Positions 52,567 to 64,000 of a stretch of DNA of 64,000 nucleotides are shown here, piece after piece; the stretch's first letter is position 1; every line of letters begins with the position of its first letter. Where the stretch lies: the NCBI GenBank assembly GCA_951406725.2, contig OX597823.1, positions 16,306,001 to 16,370,000 on the forward strand, written 5' to 3'. The position numbers and the translations under genes are program-made. The notes under the pieces are model-generated. The model saw only the letters and a program-made list of their open reading frames with translations. It ran no database searches and was not told the origin of the DNA. Origin of the DNA: Octopus vulgaris (Eukaryota).

Positions 52567-53433
52567 CTAGTTTTAAAATTGATTTTGTCTTTTGAAGATA
52601 ACAATCAATGCGTTCAATATAGAATTCTCATGTAGGGCTTTTTGTTAGAGTGTTGGGCTCATGACCATAAGGTTGTGAGTTCAATTTCTGAAGTGGGTGG
52701 CATGTTGTGCCATTTAGCAAGACATGTTGTTCCAGTCTACTTAGCTATAATTGAGTACCCAGTACTGGGTCCAGCTCTTTCCCTCTCCAGCCATCACAAT
52801 CTCAATGCTCCATGTGTCGAGAGATAAGAGGTCTAAGCGGGTGCTGTATCTACTTCCAACCACGTAGGCATCTACAAGAATTACAGAAAGCATGGAGCAT
52901 GCTATCATGTCACATTCACTTGCAAGTAATAACTATGTATACTTTTTACTTCCATAATCGCGCGCGTGCACACACACACACACACACATACACACAATCC
53001 AAAAATCCACACAAGGCATTAAATTCTACTTCCTTGATTTACCCAGCAACAACAAGAAAACATCCATATTCAATGAAGGAGCCCCAACATAGTCACTCAA
53101 CCAGTTAAAAATAGCTACCAAATCTACTGTCTTCAATAAAGAAAGAGAGATACATTGGACAATGTAGTCCTTGATATACAGAGAGATAGGGTGGTCATGA
53201 CTGGATGGAATAACTTTGATTATGAGTTAGCTTGATCAAAGCTGGTCTAAGGTGAAACCATGACAACAATCAACAATAACAGTAATAATAATAGTTACAA
53301 TATAAAAATTTAAAGGGGGCTTTCTGTGAAACAATGCTTCAATAATGCATTCATCTAACCCATACTAGCATGGAAAAAACAGACATAAAAATGAACAAAT
53401 GAAATAAAGAATTAAGATGGAAATAAAACAAAC

Positions 53434-53493
53434 CTCTTTTTGGATTCCATGAAAGTGTCATATTCTTGTGCCATTTTACAACACAATGCTTGA
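53434..53493 (-). CDS. fng: fringe glycosyltransferase, most 5' coding exon found in window (QALCCKMAQEYDTFMESKK-R)
   Basis: Acceptor ttttcAG at 53495-53494 and donor GTttgt at 53433. 60 nt, phase 2 in and 2 out. Matches the fringe motif RQALxCKMxxEYDxF and splices in frame (AG|G = Arg) onto the WFCHVDDD exon. Confidence 0.93.
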
Positions 53494-55579
53494 CTGAAAA
53501 TAGAAATTAAAACAAATTAGAGAATTTTATTATGAGAAATGTAAACAAACTATTGTTTGTTTTCAGAAGCATAGAAATGTGTATTGCAAGATACAAATAA
53601 GGTGATAATTTATTTTCAAATGCAAAAATGCTGATAAAACAGCAGAGATTGGATACGATATCCATACAAAGTGGAAAAATTTTTCAGTAACCAGCCATGG
53701 AAGTTTATAAAGAGTAAAAGTTTGTATAGAAGTTAAATCCTATATATATATATATATATATATTGTTTGAGTCAGCCTCTTGCTACTCTGGAGTTCCATC
53801 AACATGCTCAAAAGGTCATCAGATAATTTATGACTCATAATTTGCCTGATGATCCTCTCAGTACATGCAAACACCAGTGTAGCAAGAGACTGACTCAAAC
53901 AAAATAAAAAATATTAATCTCTACTAAGGTACTAAGGTATTGGGTACTCATTCATCTTACAGCCAACACTAAATCTGTATACACACACACACACATCAGT
54001 AATTCAGAAGGCCACCATTGTCACACACATTGTGGTAAGTGTCTGTAGAATAACCAATTACATTATAATACTATTACATAACATAATAGGTACACTGCAA
54101 GTTCAAATTCCACCAAGGTTGATTCTGACTTTCATCCTTTTAGGGTCGATAAAATAAGCACTGGGGTTGATGTAATTGACTTACCTCCCCCCCACCACCA
54201 AAAAAAATTGCTGGCCAAAATTTAAAATCACTATATAGCAAGTAGATTATTTGATCAAACAACCAAATACTTGTCTTTGAAACCAACAGAGGAACCCCAT
54301 GTTGTCGTTGAGTCACCCCTGATTAGTGAATTATCATCATCATCATCATCGTTCAACGTCCGCTTTCCATGCTAGCATGGGTTGGACAATTTGACTGAGA
54401 ACTGGCGAACCAGATAGCTGCACCAGGCTCCAATCTTGATCTGGCAGAGTTTCTACAGCTGGATGCTCTTCCTAACACCAACCACTCTGAGAGTGTAGTG
54501 GGCACTTTTACGTGCCACCAGCACAAGGGCCAGTCAGGGAGTACTGGCAACGGCCACACTCAAATGGTAGTGTTTAATATTATGTATGGCATTATAAAGA
54601 TTTTATCGATGTCTTTTAAGTTGCCAAGTTACTCTTAGACATAGACACAGCTCAACACACCAGTTTATAACCATGGAAAGATGGACAGATGTGTGCACAC
54701 ATGCACACACACACTCACTCACAAAATGACAAGCTTCTCTCAGCTTTTATCAACCAAATTCCACTCACAAGGTGGCTCTGGTTAAGCCAAGACTACTGTA
54801 GAACATATATTTGCCCAAGGTGACACAAAGTGAGATCAAACCTAGAACCACATGGTTGAATAGCAAATTTGCTAACTACATAGCCATACCAGCTCCTGTT
54901 TGAGATTACGAATAATGAAAATGCAGGGTAATGAATGGCAGAAACTATAAGAATGTCTGACAAAAAGCTTTGAAGTGGTTTAGTTACACTAGCTATAACC
55001 TAAATTGAAATCCTGCAAGGGTTGGCTTTGTCATTCAAACTTGATTGATAAAATAAACAAGTATCATTCAACTCAAGTGCCAGGGGTGTGTTTTTCTTGA
55101 TAGCTACGTGAAGTAAGTCATGTGCAGAATCTAAGTTCAATAAAGCTAAAAGAAATACAACACAAAAACTATAAATCAAGCGCAACCCATGTCATCATAC
55201 CCAAATATAAGTAATTTGTTTGTTTGTTTCTCCCAAGGTTTCTCATTAGCAGAAAATAAGAAAAACAGGTGAGTCACTGGCAAAAATACGATGATATATA
55301 AGGGAGAGGTGGAGTGGGTTTAAGTTTGGGAAGTAAAGGAAGTAGAAGGTGAAAAAGAAAAGGAAAAAACCCAACCAACTTTTAAAGAAACTTGGATGAA
55401 GATATTTTGTAAATGATTGTAAAATTAAACAGTTTGTCTAATAATAACAACAACAATATAATAATAGTGATGGTCTCTGATTTAGGCACAAGGCCAGTAA
55501 TTTTGAAGAAGGGAGAGTTAGTCAATGCTATCAACCCCAGTACATGACTGGTACTTTCATTTTATCTCTAGGTGCCAAG

Positions 55580-56060
55580 TTGCAGGCCATTAACAGATCC
55601 TGGTAAATAATGCATGTTTTAAGACTACCATGTAATTCCTTCAGTAGCTCAATTTCAGGTCTTGAAAACATACTGGAGTAATAGGAGAGTGCTCTTGACA
55701 GACAGAGTGTGTAACCTGAACTAGCTCTGACCAATGGTCTTTTTAGTCAGATTACCTAGCAAATGCCACTGTACATTGATGTATTCCAGCCTCTGAAAAC
55801 AACCAAGTGCTGAAGACCACTGCCACATAATGATGAGATGCAAGCTGTCTTGGATAAATCTGTCAGGAATTACCTGGGTTTGTGAACCTTCAGCTTCCCT
55901 ACTTTTGATAACCACTAACCTCATGAGCATTTTCCCTGAAACCTTAAATTTTACTTTTAGCAGAGTTATAGAGGAAGGAACTGTCAATGAGGTCCTCCTT
56001 GTTCAGATCCTTCTTCAGTAGCAACAGCAGCATTTCTCAGCTAACACTACTGATAATGGT
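55580..56060 (-). pseudogene. Decayed L1/Tx1-like reverse transcriptase fragment
   Basis: ORF 55721-55987 (SITLLKVKFKVSGKMLMRLVVIKSREAEGSQTQVIPDRFIQDSLHLI) resembles the Tx1 RT segment PITLLN-D-KI--K-L--RL...Q---PGR-I-DN-HLI. Confidence 0.5.
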
Positions 56061-58635
56061 CTCAATCTGTTACCAGTTACAATAGATGTCTGCCAAAAGA
56101 TGAACAAACAAGTCTGGCATATATAATAATAACTAAGTAATTATGTGGAGGTTGAAAAGAAACAACCAGTTCTAGTCAAGAGAATACATCAACTTGTATG
56201 ACAGGTTTGGGGGTTTCCATACATGGAAAATTATATCAAAATTATAAAATATCACCAGAAAAGTGCTGATATAAAAACAGGCACCATAAAAGGTCTCAGA
56301 GAGTAACAAAACAGCTATAGTCTAGGATATGCCAATCCCCACAGACAGGAGAATCAAGTATAATTAACTGGATATTGTTTTCAAGGATTATAAGCAACAT
56401 AAAGTAAGTACTCCGATGGGTCTCAAGAGATGATAATGTATCACTAAAAGAAATAGAGCAATTATCCAAATATAATGATTTGGAAATAGAGATAACTAAA
56501 ATATGGTGATTGGAAACAGAAACAATTCCTATAATAATACATAACCAAAACTCTAGAGAATCAAACGTATACACATCATACGGAAATAGCAACACAGACA
56601 TATTTTGTAGAAACACTTCCAATACAATAGAAAACAAAATGAAAACAAAACACTGCATCTTCTCAAGGCACACAAATAAGACTTACTGAAGAAAAATAAT
56701 AACGATTTCTTTCACTATTATTAAGGCAATAGGATGGGAGACATTACAAGGACAAATTAAAATAATAATTACAAAAAAAAAATAAAAGTTAAAAAACAAA
56801 GATTAACCTAGATTATACTATTACCCATGGATGAGTTGTTGGTGAAGTATTTTGATAAGAAAAAATTTAAAGCTCAAACAAAATAAAACACAGGTGTTCA
56901 TAAAGTGATACAGGAACTAAGTAGCTCTAGAAGGGTTTTTTTTTTACTATTGTTTTCTTTTCTATTCTTTTTTTTTTTTTGTTGGTTTCCATGGCTCTTT
57001 TCAACTGGCTTTGTAACTAGTGAGAGCATGGGAAGAAAATGTCCTCAAATTGAAGTAATGAAGAGTAGGAGTGACAATGTGGTCACCCCACATTTTTAAG
57101 AGGACATGACCAAAATGACTTATCCAACCCATGACAGCATAGAAAGCAAACATAAAACATAAAATAATAAGATATTGATGATGATTATGATGATGGAGAC
57201 AAGTCCATATATATAAATCATAATCATGGCTGATGCTGAGGTCATATAACTGACACCTGTGCCAGTGGCACATAAAGAGCACCTTTTGAGCTTTGGGCCT
57301 CATGGAGGCAAAGTGGCTGAGTTCCTTTCAAGTGTTGGGCCTCATGGAGGTAATGACTGAGACCTTTAGCATTATGTTATACATGAGAAGATGGCCCATC
57401 AAGCTGAGCAAAATTGCAGTCATGGCAGATGGCACCAGTACTAGTGGAATTACACTTCCAGAGTGGTTGGCGTTAGGAAGGGCATCAAGCTGTAGAAAAC
57501 CATGCCAAATCAGACTGGAGTCTGGTGCAGCTTTCCAGCTTACCAGCCCTGGTCAAACCGTCCAATCCATGCCAGCATTGACAACGGATGTTAAATGATG
57601 ATGATGATGACGATGATAATGATACATTAACCAACCCAATATAGTGCATAAAAATGAAGGGTACCAAAAGAGAAAAAAAAAAGGACAAATAAACCAACAG
57701 AAAAAGAAACGAAAAGTTTCCAGACTTCTGTCAGCTTAGAGAGAAAATAGAAGTCAGATAATCAAACAGAAATTAATAAAATTATTTTCCCATGACTTTT
57801 TAAAGTATTTTAGTCAGATTAAGTGATTTGATTCTGTAAAAAATAATGTCTTCATTTTTCACCACCCACAGCTGATATGCATATGAGTGTATATATGTGT
57901 CTGTGTACTTTTTTTTCTGCTTCTTTTTTTGCACATTTTAGGTGAGTGTCCTTGAATGTTGTTGACTTAGAAAATCTTGACCTTAGGTAAACATGGCTGC
58001 CTCTTTAAATGTTTGAAATCCTCCCCTATCAGCAATGATAAGATATTTGATGAAAGATTCATAAACATCTACAGCCAGCTTGGCTGACTTAAAGAAATAC
58101 AGATGAGGCTCGATATCTATATTGAGCAATAAAAAACAGCTATCAGATGATACACTGAGTAATAAGTCAGCCTATCTATTTATCTATGTAAACAAACAAG
58201 CATGCACGCACACACACACACACACCTTATCTTCTACTTCTTTCAGTCATTGGCCAGTGGCCATACTGCAGTATCATCTTGAAGGGTTTAATCCAAACAG
58301 TATTTATTCTATTGGTTTCTTCTAGAAAAACCATTAAGTTTAAATGGATGTAAACAAACCAACACTAGTTGTCGAGTGGTGAGGGTGAAGGACAAACACA
58401 AACCAAAAAACATCACACATACACATATGGGCTTCCATTCAGTTTCCATCTGCCAAATTCACTGACAAAGCACTGGTTGACCTGATGCTATAGTAGTAGT
58501 CACTTGCCCAAGGTGTCGCATGTGCACATGTGTGTGTTTGCTCATGTGATATAAGCAAGGTTTACATGCAACCCTGATCCTAGTTTCATTCCATCAGCTT
58601 CAACACATTAGCATTTTGTAAAGTAATAGAATGAC

Positions 58636-58848
58636 TTAACCCTTTCGTTGCTGTATTTCCATTGAGATGCTCTGTGTTTCTTCCAATTACTTTAAATATA
58701 ACAAATAATTTAGTAAAATAACTTAGTTATCATTAAGCTAGTGTTAGGAACATAAATTGTGACTAAGGTTTGGTGGAAGATTTTAATTCCAAACTTATAA
58801 AAACAAGACATTTGTACTCAGAGCCAGAGCTGGTTTCAGCTGGGTTAA
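58636..58848. mobile_element. piggyBac-type MITE, same family as 30855-31058
   Basis: TTAA-CCCTTTC start and GGG-TTAA end. The body is the reverse complement of 30880-31058. Confidence 0.75.
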
Positions 58849-60520
58849 AGTGACATAAGTGTTGTAGAAATGTCATGCATTGGGGGAGGTGATCCTTTTG
58901 AAATTCGCAAGGAAAAATTTAGGCATATGCCACAAGCAAGTCAAAATGAGTTTGCTAGTTTTACATAAGTTTGTGCAGGGTGGCAGATAATACAGAGTTC
59001 TTTTGAAACAAAGGGTACACTACTATTTTGATCTGTTCTTAAATAGTTGTGCCTAATCTAACACAGTTCCCAAGTTAATGGTAGTCTCTTTTTCACTTCT
59101 TGTGCTCTGAAAGCAATGTGATGATTTTTAGTTTCCAATGATGGTATGAACTGATGTAGTGAACACTCATTAATCCCTATGTAATTGATATATTTCTGAT
59201 GAAGACATTACTTGTCAGTATACAAGGCTTTTCTCTAGGCATTTGCTTTACAGGAGGCAAAACTATGAATGAATCCTTTTGCACTACAATTAATTGCAAT
59301 ATTTTTACATTGCGATTCTTGATGGTACTAGAGATATTTTTCAGGGTTTTTTTTTGCTGGGTATAGACAAATTTTCTTTTTGTGTGTAGGGGATTATGTG
59401 CATGCATGTGCAGTGAAAGTATGATGCCAAGTAGCTAGTGTGCTGGGCTCACAATTACATGACTGGGGATTTGATTCCTCGGTCAGACAACATATTGTGT
59501 CCTTCACTACAGCACATCATTTCTTGTTGCACCAAACTATTTAGCTTGAAAATGAGTACCAGCACTAACCTGGTGAAGCCCTCTCTCTGTTCTTGATGCC
59601 ATGTTGGGCCAAGTAAGAGAGTACCAAGAGGGTGTCTTCTATGTTAATGACTATACAGGTACTTAACACAATTAACAAAAGTATGGTGCAATCTACCAGG
59701 TCATATTTGCTAAGTATTTTTTTAAGTGTTTCTGTGTGTGTGTGTGTGTGTGTATGTATGCATATGTGTACATATGTGTGCAAGTGTCAGTATAATACAG
59801 GTATTTTTAATAACCTTAAAGTAAAGGTCAAAGGTGAAGTTGACCAAGACTTTATTTTAGCTCAAAACTAAATTATAATTTTACTGATTAGTGTTGGCTA
59901 AAGTCAAGCTTAATCAAGTAGACCTCTGATCAAAGACATTCCAACCATGATCATCTTGTCTTTTTGTGTATATCTATGGTTGCACAGTCTAAGGTATCTT
60001 TCTTTTTTGTAATTTGTTGTAACTTCTTCTAAGAGATCATGTTACTTTTAAGAGGTCAAGAGACAATTTGGAGGCTCTTTTGTTGGCTTATATTGATTAG
60101 CTTAGTCCAGTGTGTTATCGTCTTCATCCACTCAACCAGTTCTGGAATACCTGGTAAGATTTGAACTAACAACAGGAAGGTACTACAAATGAGATACTAT
60201 CAAACTATCAAATACTCACAATTTTTCTCTTTAAGCTCAATTATTTCTTGAGAATTTATAGGGGATTTAGTATTGAAATTATTGAAAATTATCCAAAAAT
60301 ATTTAGCCTTGACTACGAATTAAAAACCAAAAGCCACTGTCATATGTGTGTGTGTTACCCTCTCTTTCATTTCTCTCAAAACACACACAAATTCTCAATT
60401 TTATTTTAATATTTTTGTTAAAAATTTTTTAATAATTTTCAGTTTTTTCCATAATTAAATGATAAAAATATACTTATAAAATATTTATTTTTATAACATT
60501 TTAATAAAGGAAAACTGACT

Positions 60521-60572
<52 letters not shown>

Positions 60573-61328
60573 TTGACAGATAAAGATAGATAGATAATTG
60601 CCAATATATTTTTGTAATAACAAGACTTTTGAGAAAAATATTTTTCCTGTTTTCTTTTCACAATTTCACTCATTAAAGGATGTATATATATATATATATA
60701 TATATAATGTTCATCATACAAACAAACACATCCAGAATAGATCCCTTTGCCAGCTCCTTCAAAACTAATACATTTAAATAGATGAAGAAAGAAGATGAAC
60801 AAAAAGGGTAAAAGAAAAAAATATCTGGGAATTTCTACTATATCATTTTCCCACGGTCTCTCTAATGCTATAGTATAAACTTCATTATAGGTTTTAAGCC
60901 TTCTTCTTCTGCTGCTAGCTTCTCTGCCTCCTTAAGAAATGAGGGAGAATGAAAAGAAGAAGAAGAGTGAAAGAGAAGATAGAAAGAAACAAACAGTAAG
61001 AGCAGCAGTTATAGTAGCAACAGTTAGAGCTAAATGTAAAGAGAGGCTGAATTGATTAAATGAGAAGAAATGTTTTTCACTTTATTTATATTTTTTAATT
61101 TTTGTTTTGCATTTGTTTTTTCATTTAATTGAAAGAATTCTCAGTCTTAAGAAATATCACCAAAGTAACCAATGATACAGAAACAAGGTTTTTTTTCACA
61201 CACTTTATAGTACAGTACGGGTTTACAATAATGATGATGACGACAATATCAGAATATAGTATGGCATATAGTATATAGTGTATAAAGTCTAGCACCTAGT
61301 ATGGGAACTGCACATATGTATTTGCTAC

Positions 61329-61360
<32 letters not shown>

Positions 61361-61364
<4 letters not shown>

Positions 61365-61553
61365 GGCAGGGGTAAGAAGTTTGCTTCCCCACTACATGGT
61401 TTTGGGTTCAGTCCCACTGTGTAACTCCTCGGGCAAATGTTTTCTATTATAGCCTTGTGTCAACCAAAGCCTTGTGAACAGATTTCGTAGACAAAAGCTG
61501 AAAGAAGTTCTGTGTGTGTGTGTGTGTGTGTGTGTCTGTGTGTGTGTGTGTGA

Positions 61554-61648
<95 letters not shown>

Positions 61649-61866
61649 TGTGTGTGTGTGTGTGTTTGTCCCTCCCCCCACCTGCACCTCTTGGCAACAA
61701 GTGTTAATGTGTTTATGGCCCTCACAATCTAGCAATTCAGCAAAAGAGATCAATAAAATAAGTTCCTGGCTTTTAAAAAAGAAGTAAGTACCCGAGTCAA
61801 TTTATTCAACTGAAAATTCTTCAAGGCAGTGCCCCAGCATGGCCACAGTCTAATGACAGAAACAAA
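61361..61866 (+). mobile_element. Older SINE family A copy with an expanded GT/GA microsatellite
   Basis: gggttcagtcccactg head and ccccagcatggccacagtc tail. Confidence 0.72.
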
Positions 61867-62115
61867 TCAAGGTATCAGCAGCAGCACTCTTTCTCATCCA
61901 TCCCTGATAGCATGGGTCAGGCAGAGGTGGTTGAGGTAGATTTTCTACAGCCAGATGACCTTCTTGTTACCAACCCTGACCTGTTTCCAGGCAAGGGAAT
62001 ATTTCATCATAGCCAGACATGTTTTTCCTGGAAGACTGGAAGTGAACAACACCCCTTGTATGAGGGTGACACTCATTTACAATCATCATATGATGCCAAG
62101 ACAAGAGTATACACA

Positions 62116-62160
<45 letters not shown>

Positions 62161-62195
62161 ATGTATCTATGCATTACATAGAGATATACATAGTT

Positions 62196-62245
<50 letters not shown>

Positions 62246-62715
62246 CAGACAGATACATACATAAATACATACATACATACATACATACATACATACATAC
62301 ATACATACAACACACACATACATACATACATACATACATACATACATACATAAACACACACATACATACATACATACATACATACATACATACATACATA
62401 CATACATACATAAACACACATACATACATACATATACATACATACATACATACATACATACATACATACATACATACACACATACATAAACACACACATA
62501 CATACATACATACATACATACATACATACATAAACACACACATACATACATACATACATACATACATACATACATACATACATACACACACACATACATA
62601 CATACATACATACATACATACATACATACATACATACATACATACATACATACACACATACATACATACATACATACATACATACATACATACATACATA
62701 CATACATACATACAT
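62196..62715. repeat. (ATAG)n followed by a long (ATAC)n tetranucleotide array
   Basis: Direct reading. It explains the MYVC ORFs. Confidence 0.97.
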
Positions 62716-64000
62716 CAATAGACATATATCTATGAATATCATAATTAAAAATACATGATTTATCACCAATTTGCCTTCTTTACATTGCATGAATTCTACC
62801 TTATCCATGCTATGCTATAAAGTTAAGTAAGTTTGTATCTATAAGGCTAAACAACCACAAGGTTTGTGAGTTCAGTCCCACCATACAGGACCATGGGCAT
62901 TTTACTATAGCCCTGGGCCAATGAACACTGTGTGTGTGTGTGTGTGCACATGCACATCTTTGTTTCTCACAGCTTCATAATTAGATCGGGATTATTCACG
63001 TTCTTGTAATTTAGTGATTCAGCAGAGGGAACCCACAGAAAAAGGACTGCAGTCAATTTGCTTGGCTAAACCCATTAAGTTGATTCCACAGTATGGCTGC
63101 AGTTCAATGACTGAAACAAATAAAAGAAAATAGTAGGCCCTTATTTTGAAATTTTATTGACATTCTCTCAGATAACCATCCATCCACTGGTGGTGGTGAT
63201 GATGATGATGGTGATAATGATGATGATTGTATGTAGAACTACATTAATCCAATGTTTCCTTCCTGCTTTAAGATGGTAGGGAGATTTGGCCATTATTATT
63301 TCTAGCAGCTGAACAATCTCATAAAAAAAAAACTGTCTTATTATTGGATCATTCCTCTTTAAGATGCTGTTGTTATTGTTTAGAGTGTTTAGCACCAAGT
63401 CAGTGCTGATCAAGCATATCTGTGATGGAAGAAATTCCAGCCATGACCAGCCCAACTTAATTTCAAGTATAGTGTATCTTGGACAACACTAACCGATGCT
63501 TCCTTTAACAAGATGATAGGGTGCAGTCGGAGGAGAGTTAAGCTGATATTTCTAGCAGGTTGAACAACCACATAGAAGTTCCCTATTCAATTAACAACCA
63601 CAGAGCCAGATGTAGGCCACTCTGCTGCAATCAGGTTTATTCAGTTGTTTTAGGAATTGTCCATAGAACGGTCTTAATTAATTCCCATGGTGTGTTTGTT
63701 ATCCTGGTTGTTTTAGTGTTTTGCTCCTTTCTTAGGTTATTTTATTTTTATTGTTATATCTGTACATTTGCATGTGTGTATTTAATCCTATGTTTGCGGT
63801 TCCTGAAGAATGGGTATTTATATTACTTAGTTTTGCTAAATATTTCCATGCTTCTTTCTGTATTGAATTCAGCATTTTTGTTTGTCATGTTTTTCCAACT
63901 GCTTGTACCAGGGTGTTTTGTTTTTACTGGAGGCAATACTCCAGTGCATATGTAGAAACTTTATAGATACACTCCAATTACACAAGGCCTTTCCATACAT

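Noticed and set aside
55756-55792. Possible missing fringe mini-exon (AG...GT, 37 nt, AGIHQCTVAFA-S, phase-compatible)
   Set aside because: It lacks the conserved NTNC and His residues and lies inside a decayed Tx1/L1 RT remnant, so the phase fit is probably chance.
59196-59220. CUGAUGA-A-GACA/UGUC hairpin resembling a hammerhead half
   Set aside because: No GAAA, stem III or stem I follows.
61296-61330. VANT..CSSHT-like stretch resembling the missing fringe exon
   Set aside because: It needs a frameshift, has an in-frame TAG, a weak donor and no polypyrimidine tract.
62073-62808. Long MYVC, YIYI, HTHT and SLSL ORFs here and at 23663-24168, 37385-37876 and 40175-40618
   Set aside because: These are translations of microsatellites.

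Overview
AT-rich, microsatellite- and retroposon-dense eukaryotic DNA. The repeat landscape looks like a cephalopod (Octopus-type) genome, which is an inference. The only host gene I can support is a minus-strand fringe (Notch O-fucose beta-1,3-GlcNAc transferase). Seven coding exons were reconstructed by hand with GT-AG junctions and consistent phases: 53434-53493, 35193-35340, 29748-29833, 20111-20181, 18297-18391, 17994-18076 and 16067-16157. They give 210 codons plus a stop, and the 5' exons appear to lie beyond 64000. Nearly all listed ORFs are microsatellite or repeat artefacts. The introns hold tRNA-derived SINEs, CR1, RTE, Tx1/L1, Penelope and mariner remnants, piggyBac/mariner/hAT-type MITEs and a Helentron-type element. 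The most interesting signal is about 14 minimal type-I hammerhead-ribozyme-like motifs from several unrelated families, mostly in Penelope-style inverted arrangements. One family (17598-17879 and 47499-47924) joins a Pol III tRNA-like head to a hammerhead-bearing tail, making it a candidate Penelope-mobilised ribozyme SINE. Also notable are a SINE/RTE-LINE pair with a shared 3' tail and a candidate Notch-responsive intronic enhancer near 43.7-44.0 kb. All folds and alignments were done by eye and none has been computed.
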